Shown here piece by piece: positions 51,496 through 64,000 of a DNA stretch of 64,000 nt; the stretch's first letter is position 1; each line of letters begins with the position of its first letter. The stretch spans positions 1,054,001 through 1,118,000 of the forward strand of contig JAQGDQ010000023.1 in assembly GCA_030141605.1 (NCBI GenBank), read 5' to 3'. This stretch comes from Tubiluchus corallicola (lineage: Eukaryota; Animalia; Priapulida). A program made the position numbers and the translations under genes. The notes under the pieces were generated by a model. The model saw only the letters and a program-made list of their open reading frames with translations, did not search any database and was not told the DNA's origin.

Positions 51496-51826
51496 CACAT
51501 CTGATCTGTTTCTTGTTGAGAAACCATAGGGAAAAAATCTAAATGGGTGGTAGCATCTATCTCACTTTTGTTCTTCACAGCTAAGGAAAGAAAATCCTGA
51601 CCCACTGAACAGCTTTGCGAAATTGACTTTGGTATAATTGAGCGAAAAGTGTTGAAGCTGCGTTGCTTTGTCATGTTTACTGTAGTTTTAACTGGTTGTT
51701 TGATGTTCTGCGGCATTCTTATTGGTGGAAATATACGACAAAACAATGGTGGGTCGCCATCAGCAGCTCGTCCAAATGCTCTAGCAACACCAATAAGAAT
51801 TGGTACAACTGTTCGACACAAATGCA
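51496..51826 (-). CDS. PI4KA: PI4KA exon 6 (HLCRTVVPILIGVARAFGR...RSFNTFRSIIP...ETDQM)
   Basis: ORF 51492-51827; tttgtag| acceptor, TG|gtaag donor, 331 nt; matches LCKYAIPCLIGISRAFGR and RSFNDFRSILP. Confidence 0.93.
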
Positions 51827-52248
51827 CTACAAAATAGAATAATATAATTATGCAAGAAGTGTCCGAGCTTTATAATCAAATAACACAGATTTCATAATTT
51901 AATCACTTGCCATTTGCATTAGGTAGAAATAAGATAATTTGTTTTCAGATAATATATTTGGGATAACAGCTAAGTGCTAACAGATTATCTCTGTCTGATA
52001 TATAATACATATACATACATTTATCTTTTCATTTAAGAATATTATTTTTTGTAGCATAACAGAAATTATAGATTTTTAAATTGTTGTAGTAAATGCCTTT
52101 TAGATTTGCAGTTTGTTCTCCTACGGTGCACTAATTTTTACTTTTAGATTCGTAAGTGCTTTAATCATTTTACCTATTTCATAAATAAAATAAAATACTT
52201 TACAGTGGAAAAGCACTGTAATAAATTGTTACAATACAGTAATGATTG

Positions 52249-52297
52249 TTATTATTATTATTAGTAGTAGTAGTAGTAGTAATACTAGTAGTAGTAT
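52249..52297. repeat. Compound (TTA)n(GTA)n microsatellite
   Basis: tta run followed by gta run. Confidence 0.85.
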
Positions 52298-52734
52298 TAA
52301 TATATCATTATGATCACAAGTCCTGGATGATATGACCGTTAGTTGATCTAAATATGGAGACCAGACTTCATGTAGTTTTTACTATACAAAAAATGATAAA
52401 TTATATAAGCGAATTATACGTTAATTTTGAATTGTTTCTAATTTTTTAAACTTTCAAAACTATAATTGATTCATTATATTGATCTGAGTATTACCGGTGT
52501 TACACTTACCTCACATTAGACTTGATGCAAAAATCTCACAATTTTGAACACATTTTCAAAAAAAAAAATCAGTTCTATTTTGCAGTTTGCACTGTGTGAA
52601 AGTTTTCACAGACTTTGGTATAAAACTTAAAACTCATCTAAAATCATATCAAATCAATTATGGTGATGCTACGTGTAAAATGGATTTAGCTGTTATTATT
52701 TATCAAAAAAATAATACTAGCAAATTTGTTTTAC

Positions 52735-52828
52735 CTTTAGCAGTACTGCTCCTTGGTCCACGTTCTTCACGAAAACCTTTGCACATTATAGTAGCTACTT
52801 TCAATAGCTCAATTTGACTTACTATAAT
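52735..52828 (-). CDS. PI4KA: PI4KA exon 5 (IIVSQIELLKVATIMCKGFREERGPRSSTAK)
   Basis: tcttag| acceptor, G|gtaaaa donor, 94 nt; phase fits exons 4 and 6; weak similarity to ILEVLLQVLHVLLGMC. Confidence 0.82.
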
Positions 52829-53769
52829 CTAAGACATAAAAGCAAGAAACAATTAACAGAAAACAAAAGTCATAGAAAAGTTGAGAGTAAAAAGCAACTG
52901 TCATTAGCAGTAACTTTAGTATTCCCATCATATGTGCATGTGGAATCACTGCATAAACTTGTATTACAGTTTGTAAAAACATTTTTTTAATAATTTATAA
53001 TACCAATTTCACGGTAATTTATTAGTGGCAGAATAAAGCTGTGGACTCAAGTGTTGATTTATTGTGAATTTTAGTAACTGGAGAAAAACTTTATTAGGAT
53101 TAATGATCTGTAAAATTTAGAACTTAAATTTTAATTAGATTTAAATTAAGTAATTAAGATTAGGAGTTGCACAGTGTGATGGCAAAATGAGGAAAAAGCT
53201 GCAAGACACAAAAAGAAACATTGCCTATGTGTGCCCTTCACTGCTCTCCAGAGGCGAAATAACGTGACAATAGAGCAAACTGTACAGAAACAAATAACAA
53301 TGATGATAAGAAGGGCAACCTGGTGCACTCATTACTGTCATTGCTACTGTCATAGTTTATTTTGCAATGCCGAGTACACAATTGTATTAATATACTAAGA
53401 TTAGTGTCCCACAATAGGCCTTTACCTCAGCAACCAATACCAAGATTTCTTGGCACTTTTTGTTTTCTTTTCGTATCTGCTTATAAAAATTCGTTTGTTA
53501 CAACAATATACATATCGCTGATTATTTATTCAATATTCCGAGTCTGGAACTTGGATCGTGTCCAACTATGGCCGAGATTGCTTTTTTAGCTTACTTTAGA
53601 AAAGTCAGAGCCTTGGTTGCAAATCAAACAACACATTAATCTAATAAGCTATCAACTATTAATGTTACCCGTTGACCAATATTAATAATATACACACTTT
53701 CCAAATAGTGTATACAGACTTTGTAAATTGCATAATGACAGCTATGTGATTTCATAGATCTGTAATTAC

Positions 53770-53855
53770 CTGTTGTTTGTAGAATTCACATCGGCTAGCT
53801 ACATCTGACAGTAGTGTGACAAGACAAAAACCGAACTTTTCACTTAGAGGAATTC
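53770..53855 (-). CDS. PI4KA: PI4KA exon 4 (IPLSEKFGFCLVTLLSDVASRCEFYKQQ)
   Basis: ttttag| acceptor, CAG|gtaatt donor, 86 nt; FCLVTLLSDVA conserved. Confidence 0.93.
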
Positions 53856-54459
53856 CTAAAAATGACGTACATTAATGAAGCATGTGCTACCAAAAAATAT
53901 AAAAGTTTGTTTTAAATGTAACCCAGTTTTTCAGAATTCGGAATTCAAACAAAACAGCAAATTTCCGAATTCAGAACTGTGACAGAAACAGAAATACAAA
54001 CAAAGAAACAGGTTGAAAATATTGCTGACAGAAAAAAATGAAGATTTTTGCAAACTAGAGTGTTGTATTTAACCATTAATGCTCGTCCATAATTAATAGT
54101 CAACAAAAAAAAACAGAAAAAGAAAATAAAAACTACATTTATAAGGCATCAAATGTCTTTGCAAGACATCAATCAATCACTTTACAATCAGTGGTCGAAA
54201 TCAGAATCCTGATCAGGCTCCTCCAGATGACTCCCAGTGTGGTGCAGTTGTGTGTAGCGGCCTTAACGACTTTGTGTTGTATGGATTCCAGCTGGCAATT
54301 CTGGAAAAATCTCCCTAACTCTCCAAGCAGCTAAGATTTAATCGATAGAGCTTGAAAATTACTGCAGTAATAAGTTGGAATCGACAGTAATTAAATGTGA
54401 GCAGGCTGCTTTTTGACTCTGATGAGATCAAGTATCACCTGCCAAAATGTTTCAGTAAA

Positions 54460-55030
54460 ACTAGCATTTACTGCTTTGGTTGGAAATCTGTTCTAGATCC
54501 TGATTGTACGAGGATAAAAGGACTTGATGGGACTTGGACATATTTGTACTGATGGCATGAATGGGTGCATAAGAAGGATCTGCTTACAGGAGAGGGCATA
54601 GTCAACAGTTCATGCTGAATTTTATAAAACATTGTGGCTTGGTAAAGTGGCCGTCTATTCTCCAAAGTGCTGCTTGATGCTGAACCTTCTCCAAGTTGAT
54701 GATATTATATTGGGTATAAAGGCTCCATGCACAACAGCATATTCCTGCCTAGGTGTCTATTAGTGTATGTTGACTAATGTGTAATAAGCAGTCTGGTTTA
54801 CTTCCTCAGATCAGTAAACATTCTACCTAATGGATCCAAAGTGATGTTTCTTTAGACAGAATCCTATCAGTGTGGTCATTTCAACAGAGATTTTGATTTA
54901 TTATAACTCCAAGATATTCATGTGAGCTGACCATTGTTAGTGGTACATCTGCAATGTATATTGGAAGGAGCTTTGTTTCTGTTTATCAGCAATAGTAATA
55001 TCAGTTTATCTGCTTACGATAGTCCTTAGA
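54460..55030 (-). mobile_element. Decayed LINE 3' RT fragment
   Basis: LENRRPLYQATMFYKIQHELL motif plus upstream YLGV-like remnants. Confidence 0.55.
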
Positions 55031-56418
55031 CCACTGATGGAGCTTCTCTAACTAATATTATAATGTATTCAATTTAGATTAAATCTGTATGTATTCTTGA
55101 GAATGGTTAAGGCAAGGTGATCGACGTGCTGAATAATCTGTCATAAAGTCATCATGAACCCATTTAACTAAGTATATTTAATTTACTAAAAGAAATTGTC
55201 AGTAGTTCTGGACATATTTTAGCAGCACATCCTACTACTACTATAATATTTTTAATCCCCACACATTTTTTATTACACTATCTACGAATACCTACTGGAC
55301 AACTGGACATGTATTATATGACAAAACCATAACTACATGTACAATATTGTACATACTTGATGAAGCTTACCTTATCTACTTAATTTCTCAGACGCCAGCT
55401 CAAACACTTGCATAGATCTAATGACAAGTCAAATGCGTGGAACACAATGAAAGGAACAAGTGTGCCTCTTTGTTATGAAAATGACTATTAAAAAACTATA
55501 ATGTTTAAATAAGACCCTTCTAATTAAAAATTTTTAACAGCATATTTTTTCAAGTATGATTTTACACATAATAACCTTGTTATTTTTATTGATAAATGCC
55601 ACTCTAGGAACAGCTATGACTTTGGCAATACAGATGTGTGGCTATTAATAGGTTATTAAAAAGCACTATTCTTATATAAAAATTATCTTGAAATTTTGAA
55701 TCACCTACAAGCTGTTTTATGGCAGGCAGAACTTGTCTTAACAGTAACGCTACAGAAAATTGAAACTCCCTCAACTTACGTTCATTGGAAACAAGTTTAA
55801 ACAAAGTCCAAAATATAATTAGAACATTTGTAGCTCACACTTCTCTTACTAAGCAAAAGTATAAATTACTTTATCATTTGAGTTAGGTTAAAAAAATTAA
55901 TATGTTAATATGTTTATTGGTGAACCAATGATGGTTTTGGTGCACACTAGAATAGTGAAACAGTGATGTTTTAGCTGCTGTTACAAATATTTTACAATAT
56001 ATAGAATTTCCTTTTTCAGGCGCATGTGATCTTTCAAACAGGTAACAGTAGTGCAAAGCAATATAAAGTATGTAAGCTTTAAAATTCCCTTTTCATACTC
56101 CTTAAATAACGTTAAAGCATGGCATGTCTTGCTTAATGGATAGATAACTGAGTAATCTATACAAAAATTAATTATAAAAATCTAAAATTAACTGTATATT
56201 AACTATGAGTGAATGTGTACTTTAAAATTGCTATAAACACTGTAAAAGACGTGCAACAAAACTAAATAGTCTCTTTTCTTTTCACAGAAAACACGGGAGA
56301 TGAAGTAAAATTCATACAGCATAACAAAACAAATATTTCAGAGCTAAGTAGTCTCTCTTCTTTTCACAGAATACAACATAAGAAAAGAGATGAAATGTTA
56401 TTACACTGTAATACATAC

Positions 56419-56512
56419 TGTCCTGTGATTGTGGTAAATGTTCTTCAACCCAGTGTGCCTTTAAAAGACCCAGTAGCAAGCTCAACAAATATGGGACAAT
56501 GTGATCTTTGTG
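56419..56512 (-). CDS. PI4KA: PI4KA exon 3 (HKDHIVPYLLSLLLGLLKAHWVEEHLPQSQD)
   Basis: ttttcag| acceptor, |gtatgt donor, 94 nt; matches HKDCVVPYLL...WVEE. Confidence 0.93.
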
Positions 56513-57695
56513 CTGAAAAGGCAAATGAACATTGCAAATGAACACTACTGAAAAGTACATTTTCATGAATGAAGCATTCATTGTTGCTCAAACATTTTAA
56601 CATCAATGCTAAATGAGTATTTTGTTTCCACAGCAAAATAACTGAACATTGTAATTTTATAATAATAATTTTTTTCAATCATAAAAAAGTATCTCTCTCT
56701 GTCCTCCCCCACTCTCCCTCTGTCCTGTTCTCTCACTTTCCAATTTCAAAATAAGAACACATTTGAACATGTATGTACCCAATTTTGTGCTAGATGTCGT
56801 TCAATTGTACAAATCAGGGTCACAACTTTCCTTTTCTCCAACTTTCTTTGAATTGGCCATACTTGACTAAATAAGTATTGTGCTTAATCTCAAAGAAATA
56901 CGTTACCCCGATAACTTCATCTTCAAATATTTATTGCCATCAACTTTTTCTTTGAAAATCAAAATTTTTTCTTTCATTGAATTTGGTGTATTAACAATGC
57001 CTGAATATCTAGGAATTGCACTTCACTTCACGAAACCTATTATTTCTTAACTGACACTGAAATGACCTTAAAAATTTGTTTATTGGTAGTAATATTGCTT
57101 CATCTTGAATTTGCTATCCTTGATTATCAACAAATTGCATTTTAAATTCAAAGAAGTCGGAACTTGTCATTATACCTATGACCCTGTTAATCATTTCCCA
57201 TCAGCCAATCTCGGATCAACCCCTAAGTTTGTGTTAGGGCGAGACCTTTCAATTATACTGATAAACTACTACCAGCTACTCTTGCTCAACTTGGAAATAA
57301 TTTCTGTGCCTTACCAAAGGTGCCGATTTTGGCTCAAAAAATTTTCCCATATGCACCCATACTCAGCTATAAGCAAAAACTTGACCCCATCTAGTCACAT
57401 ATCAAAAATCGTGACAAAAGCGCAGAAGAGAACTAGCTTAACCAAGATCCTCCTATTCCATGACTTTTGTTCCGATGTACTGGGTCACATGTTTACATAT
57501 GAACATAAACCCCATGCATGTGAAGCATGTCTGTGCATTTGCAACGTATTAAAGAAGCAAAAAAGCAATACGAATAAAGAAATTAAAACCAAGCTCAGCT
57601 AAATCAAGAATACTCTGCTGTGTAGCAGAATCTTAACAAAACAGCATTTTTCAGTTTGACTTTCAAAACACAGTTTTAGTAAACATTATACCTAC

Positions 57696-57815
57696 CTGTA
57701 AATTTGATTCTAGCAGATATACACCAAGAGCTACGACTGCTTGTTGAGATCTCAATGTAATCACAAAAACACCTAGAGAATTTTTTTGCGGACACATTGC
57801 AAGTAATCGTGCTAC
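57696..57815 (-). CDS. PI4KA: PI4KA exon 2 (VARLLAMCPQKNSLGVFVITLRSQQAVVALGVYLLESNLQ)
   Basis: gacag| acceptor, CAG|gtaggt donor, 120 nt; matches VQKLLCMCP...AVIALGIFLIESDLQ. Confidence 0.93.
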
Positions 57816-58719
57816 CTGTCAAAAAAATAAAAATTATAGTTAACAATAACTGATTGTCAAAGAAACATAGCAAATTATTACAAATTATGCAAAAAACAGG
57901 TTAAGTGATTACCAAAAGATAACCAAATCTAAGTGCTTCGGATTCCAAGGATAATGACATTGGTAATGTTAGGGATAATTTATGCTTATAACTTTCTTTG
58001 TTATAATTTGAATTGTCAGTTTCATAGGCTGTGTAATTTTAAGTTAGTCTGAATCTGCTACCTTTGCAGGGATGATGGGTGCAATGTATAATAAATAATA
58101 ATGATCAAATGTTATGACATACATGTACAGAGTTTCATAGTGTTTTCAATACAAACAGCTATTATAACTAATGTTTTTTATTGTACAATTAGTACTAACC
58201 TGACTAAAAATAAAATCTTATTACCACTACCGCTACCACCGAATCACGCAATAAGATTTTAGATGATTTTTATTACATTTAACAATTCAAGGTTCGTCTA
58301 TTCCACATAATGCAACACATAACAGAGTCAATATTATAGTAGAAAATAATGTAAATTTTATGAGCAAAGAAAGTTACGATAATGTGTTGTGTTACAAGTC
58401 CTCCTAAAGCCTAACTTAACGGGAGACTCAAAAGGTCAAATAGAGGTAAGCAATGGCCAAAGATGTGGTTAGTACAGGATAGGGAAAAGAAAAAAATAGG
58501 AAACAAGGAAAACAGAAAATATGGCTGACTACAAAATAATTATGTTAAATGCCAGCAACACTGTACACTTATTTACATGAACTTTAACGTCAGTGTTCTA
58601 GTACCAAATAATATTATACTAACCATTATTATAATATTATACACTAACTATGCTATGAATTATAGTATGGGGAATATACTGAGCTGTTTTAAAAAGTTAA
58701 TTTATTTAGTTTATTTGTA

Positions 58720-59990
58720 ATTATCTGTAATTTTTTAAATCCTTCTTAAAGTTCACAAGAGAACAGTGATTTCATGGTATTGTCCAACCTGTTCCAAGTA
58801 AGTGGTCCCTAGAACATGACAAATAATCTGGCTGTGTCTGCCCTCCAGTAAGGTACATTATATTCATTATTTCTTGTGTAGTATCTTCTGTCACTTAGTG
58901 TAACGGGGTTAGTGTAGAAGTTACGAAAAAGTTTGTTGTTGGTTTTGTATGTACACATAATGTAAGCTATAATAAGGTCATCTAGTTGAATAATTTTGCT
59001 GCCTGAAAAGCATGTCATTGGTGTATTCCATTTTGTTTATGGAATATAGTACTCTTATGGATTCTTTTTGGTAGTTATCTAAACTTGTTTAGCTTTGTTT
59101 TATAAGTCAAATCCCAAACTATATTGCAACAGTTGAAATACGGTAAGATAAGGCAATTGTAAAATGACAATAGCAACAGATAAGCTAATTGATATTTTGT
59201 GTGTGTTGTTGTTCGTATATTCTTTCTGATCTTTGTTTGTACTGTTTTAATATAGGGCCCTGAATTTAAAAGTTCATAAATAACTCCCAACAATTTCATT
59301 TTGCTTCTTTTTTTCTATAATTTCATTATTCATTCTATAATTGACATCTAAAGTAAAGTTTTGTTTCACGATCTACACAAAATACGTTTGGTTTTGCTAG
59401 GAGTTAAAGCTAATTTATTTGTTTTGAACCAGACTGAAACTTTGTTTAGGATATTGTTTAGCCTGATGATGTCAGTAATAAGCTTTATCCCATTGAAAAA
59501 CAAGTTTGTGTCATCAGTAAACTGGAATATGTTTACCTTATCTTTAGCATTATGTAAATACGGGAAAGTACCAGGCCTAATACTAATACTAACCCGTATT
59601 CAATTTCTGGCATATGATTGTTGGATTTCACCATTTGTGTGTGTTAAAGTAGCTTTCATACCAGGTCTTTGTTATTCCTCTGACACCTATTCCCCTGCAA
59701 TTTTTTTAAATTTATCTACGTGCCAAATGTTTTTGACGGCCACAGAATATTCCTAACTATATTTTGTTTATAATGTTATTGACTATATGGATGAGAGAGC
59801 AAAGCCAGTTGAACTTCCACTTTGAAAACCAAATTGCCGTGAGTTTAGAAAGTTAAATTCTGCAAAGTAAGATGTTAAATGAGAATACATTTTTCCATTT
59901 TTAGAGAAGACTGGTAACAATATTTAATCAGACCTATTGATCAATTTTTAATCAGAAATTTTGAATTTGTGTAAAAGTAAAATTAGTAGT
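58720..59990 (-). mobile_element. Decayed LINE RT (CR1/L2-group)
   Basis: QFGFQSGSST, FTDDTNLF, KLLGVI, FYNCLILPYFNCCNIVW and TWNRLD motifs on the minus strand. Confidence 0.8.
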
Positions 59991-60889
59991 TACATTTAGA
60001 GAGGAAGGTTCTGAAAAAACGTGAGTCTATCGAGATTCACACCAGGAACCTTGAGGCAACAGTGAAAGTAAATGTAAAGTAAAAGGGAGTTTGGGACTCT
60101 GTGCTGCTAGGCAGCATGCAATCTGGCAGACATGGTTTCTTAACTAGCACTTTTCAAATGGCCAACAAACAGAAATTGTTGAGATCAGGAACGTAAGAAA
60201 TTGATTCGCCTATGTAATGCAAAATATTGTCCCTAGTTCATCAATGTAGTACTGCTACTTTTGCCTTTAGATTGCAAATTCACCTCGTAAATTAGTACTT
60301 ACCATAAGTACTTGCCACCTGGTGGGGGCAGCAAGTAAGCAAGTAAATGTGAATGATTTGATGATGAGAGTGGCGATGGCAAGTGGTAGTGATGCTACAG
60401 TGACGTGTTTATATTTATCTCTTATTAATTAGTTAGAAACTATTTTTTAATAAAATTACACTTTTAAATACATATGTATTTATGTAAAAAACTGGTGAAC
60501 TAATCGAAATAAGATGTGATAATCAGTTAGACAATCTGGTATATTCACACCGACACTGTCACGTGAAAAAAATATTACTCCTACCTACCCCTATAGTGCC
60601 GAATGACAGCAAACCGGAAGCAAACATATTTTTAGGCCCTATGTATCAGTAAGGGAAACAAGGCTTTTAAAAGATTTGTGTATACGCTTTTAGGTCCTAC
60701 ATTTAAGCCCTAGTATTTCTTCGCTGCCATCTGGTGAATCGGTAGTCTTTAATAATAATTTGCAACTCAACCCGCCATAGCTATCTTAGTTACAGGGAGT
60801 TTCTTTTAGCGTGAGTATGATATACGCTTAAGATTGCTATAAAGTAATACAATTTTTTAAGTCGATTTTTCTGAAACCTAGTTTACAGA

Positions 60890-62330
60890 CCCCTTTTCTT
60901 GTCCTTTAAGACATACAGAAGAGCAAGAAATAAATTGACTGAAGAAATCAGAGAAGCTAGAAAAAAATACGAAAGAAGAATAGCTAAGAGGGCCAAGAAT
61001 AAGCTGAAGGTAAAGGATATGGTTTGCCATTGGTCGATGAGAATGGTAGCACTGTGGAGGATGATTTACAAGCTTAAACCATGTTAAATGAGTATTTTTT
61101 ATCTGTGTTTATGTATGAGGACTGCAATAACTTTCCTACTCCTAGGCAAATATTTACAGGCAGTGAAGAAACTAAATTAAAGTCCACTGATTATACTCCT
61201 GAGATTGTTGAAGGGACTTAAGTAAATTGAAACCAGAAAACGCTTCAGGCACAGATGAAATAAATCCAGCTATTTTGAAGGAGATGGCATCGATTTTAGC
61301 AAAAACCTCTTAGTTATTTGTTCAGCAAATCATTTTGTGAGGCAAATGTACCTGATGATTGGAGACTGGCCAATGTTACACCTCTGTTTAAAAGGGAAAA
61401 AAGCAATTTGTGAAGAATTATAGACCTGTCAGCTTAACATCCCTTGTTAATAAGGTGATGGAATCTATTATAAAAGAGCACATCACTGAGCACTTGGAAA
61501 ATAACAATCTTATTAGGGGTTCTCAGCATAGTTTTATCAAGGGTTGACCATGTCTTATTATTATATTGTATTTTTTGGAAAAAGTTGCTCAGGTAGTTGA
61601 TAATGGTAAACCAGTTGACGCTATTCATTTAGATTTTCTCAAGTCATTTGATAAGGGTCCCACAAACATCTGCTGTTGAAATTGAAAATGTCAAGTATTG
61701 ATTGATGGGTGCTGAAATGGATTGAGCAGTGGTTGTATGGAGGAAGACAACGTTTGGTTGTTAATAAACGTCGTGCAGTTAATATGCGGAAGCAGTCAGG
61801 AAGGCTAACAGAAACTTGGGCATAATAAAAATGTCTTTTAGTAACACAGACAAAGATGTAATTGTGAAACTGTGCAAAAGTTTTGTTATACCACACTTGC
61901 ATGCAGGCATGGAGACCCAATACGGTGAAAGATATTAGGTTGCTTAAAGGTGTATAGAAGAGAGCTATAAAGTTGATTGAGTGTCCTAGTTTTGCAAGAG
62001 TTAACATATGAACAGAAGAGGAAAAGATGCAGATTGATGCCCCTAGAACACCGTCAACTCAAAGCAGAATCTGGCTGAAATTTTTAGAATTGTGGATGGA
62101 TTCGAAAGTCTGGAATGTAACGACTTTTTTAACTGTAAGTGATGACAGTAGAACAAGAGGTCACTCTAAAGATTAGTGAAGAGAGCGTCTAGACTTGATC
62201 TTAGGAAATGCAATTTTAGCCAAAAGATTATTAATGTCTGGAACCAGTTAACGGAGGAAGCAGCGAAATCTACCAGTGTAAACGCTTTCAAGAGCCACTT
62301 GGAGGAGTTCTTGAAGAAGCCTGAGTGACA
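60890..62330 (+). mobile_element. Decayed CR1 LINE ORF2 with internal deletion
   Basis: YRRARNKLTEEIREARKKYERRIA, VPDDWRLANVTPLFK, KNYRPVSLTS, VDAIHLDFLKSFDK, RTRGHS, FSQKIINVWNQL; the YADD core is missing. Confidence 0.88.
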
Positions 62331-62536
62331 CAACACAAACAAGTCCAACCTTATAGTCTCAGTTACCATCGCCACCGATTACATTGCCATTTAGAAGTTG
62401 ATGGTCGCCAGTAAGTGGAATAGCCAGTCAATTAAAGTGATTAGCCATCGTGAGCTGCCCTTCCACTAATTGATTGACGTTTTGCGTTCCCTCTATTTAA
62501 AATAATTTGCTGCAAACACTCCCACACAATAAATAC

Positions 62537-62629
62537 CTTTCCCCATTCCACGTCTTTTATGGCTGTTAAAGATCTAGCTAATGTTTGCACGGTTTCGCTG
62601 TAAACACCATCATCACCATACAGCGCCAT
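62537..62629 (-). CDS. PI4KA: PI4KA coding exon 1 (MALYGDDGVYSETVQTLARSLTAIKDVEWGK)
   Basis: ATG in good context (aacaacATGG); conserved TVxxLARSL; donor AAG|gtattt; 93 nt, phase 0. Confidence 0.9.
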
Positions 62630-64000
62630 GTTGTTTTTGCTGGGTGGATTTCACTGTCTTACAGGATTTGACTACCTGACAGGCGCATCCAATTTCTTAG
62701 CGGTTCGGGCACAGATATGGTTTCCAACATCTTTGAGTACAGGGGACCCAGCCCTGGCAGTTTAACAGGTGAATTTATAATCTACGTAGTAATATGCTTA
62801 TATGCTTTTCAATGATTTAACGTTATAACGTCATTTATAACAAAGTGTGTAATTTTACTGAATATCTTAAAATGTATATATTTATTAAAACAACACAACT
62901 TTTATTAAAAAACCATAATTTAATTGTCATTACAGATCTTCACCCAAAAGTTGACACTTATCACATAATACCTAGAGTTAATATTTTGCTGGACAGTTCC
63001 TGCTTCATCCCTTCATATTTTCAGTTATTAGAATCCTGGATCTGCTCTCTCTCAGGAAGTGGTAAAACATTTTTTAATGTTGGATTGTCAACAGTTTACA
63101 GGTCACAGTAATTTCTCGCATTGAGCTGGCTAGTTCTCCTACTACATTCACCATCCTGGATTATCTCCCGATCGAAGATGGAATGATCTTTGCAGCCTAC
63201 TGCGCAATAATTGTCACTTTTCGCCTGATATACAAACTTGACATTTAGAGAGTCAAAAATTGCCGTCTTCAAACACTATAATTGCAATTACTTGAATCCT
63301 GGACGGACATTTGGGAGAAGGGGGGGGGGCAAAATGATTTTGTTTTACCCTATTTATACCAACTATTAAAACAATAGTTCATTAAAATCTCTGAATTCTA
63401 CCATACTGGGCAAATTAATTATACTCAAAGAGTTAGTTAGTTTATGTATAACGAGTAGTTCTTGTAATCATATGCCTATTAAACTTATAAATGACGTAAT
63501 TACTCAGTGAAGGACTTTTGTATAGGTTATACCTGTTAGCCAATCAGCATTTGATTAATTGCCCATTGTTTTTTCATTATAAATGTACTGATGATTGTAA
63601 TGTTTCTTATCAAATAAAAGTATTGTTTAAGCTAAACGATTTTGTTAATGTTGGATTGTCAATAGTTGACGAGTCACACTTTCTTCTACTGTAACTATTG
63701 TCTTGGATCTTTCTTCTGTCCCTTTCTGTGGGAGGAGTTAAAATTCTTTTTGTCTATGTTGGGTTATACGTATGTGACAAGCTTCTCTAACTGTCACTCA
63801 CATCTTCCCAATATGCCCACCATTTCTGTGCAGCAGTTAAGATTTCTACCTATCTACTGGGTTTATAGCTTTACACTTTATTGGGTTAACATAATTGTTA
63901 TATGCATATTGAACTAGGCATAAACCGTATCAAAATTTAAAAAATAAAGTGTGTAGAGCAGATGCTTAAAAAGTGAGAATAATTGTTGTGTTTCTTTCTC

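Larger units (their letters stand above)
109..62629 (-). other. PI4KA: PI4KA gene span (5' part, coding exons 1-22, 939 codons; continues past the left window edge)
   Basis: 22 manually translated exons join in frame through GT-AG junctions (2817 nt). They are colinear with the N-terminal half of animal PI4K-III alpha as recalled ([43 protein letters not shown]-type motif, [35 protein letters not shown]). Confidence 0.96.

Noticed and set aside
51649-51837. Plus-strand ORFs antisense to PI4KA exons (also 40657-40905, 48459-48686, 52587-52817)
   Set aside because: Shadows of the real minus-strand exons.
54419-54456. Hammerhead candidate ctgatgag...ccaaaatgtttcag
   Set aside because: No GAAA and no pairing stem II.
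56264-56374. Two ~30-bp repeats resembling plus-strand splice acceptors (tcttttcacag)
   Set aside because: No coding exon or donor follows; a local duplication suffices.
57105-57602. 165-aa plus-strand ORF in intron 2
   Set aside because: Non-ATG start, no domain motifs, overlaps a tgacc-rich repeat.
59361-59756. 131-aa hydrophobic plus-strand ORF
   Set aside because: Antisense shadow of a decayed LINE RT.

Overview
AT-rich animal (probably invertebrate) genomic DNA, not prokaryotic. Nearly the whole window is the 5' part of a phosphatidylinositol 4-kinase alpha gene (PI4KA) on the minus strand. I traced 22 coding exons from the ATG at 62629 down to 109. All have GT-AG junctions and consistent phases, giving 2817 nt / 939 codons; the kinase domain lies beyond the left edge. 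The introns are full of transposon remains: a 4.1-kb Gypsy-type LTR element with 1.1-kb LTRs that keeps only RT-RNaseH (Gmr1-like layout, tRNA-Leu PBS) and splits an older LINE, hAT/Tc1-mariner/Harbinger-like MITEs, Penelope-like GIY-YIG fragments (one as an inverted pair), many decayed LINEs and tandem repeats. The most unusual observation is a decayed LINE in the 11.9-kb intron 17 whose ORF1 region combines a PHD finger, CR1/L2-type ORF1 motifs and a KH RNA-binding domain upstream of the APE endonuclease. Homology calls rest on manual translation and remembered family motifs, not database searches. Boundaries of decayed repeats are approximate.
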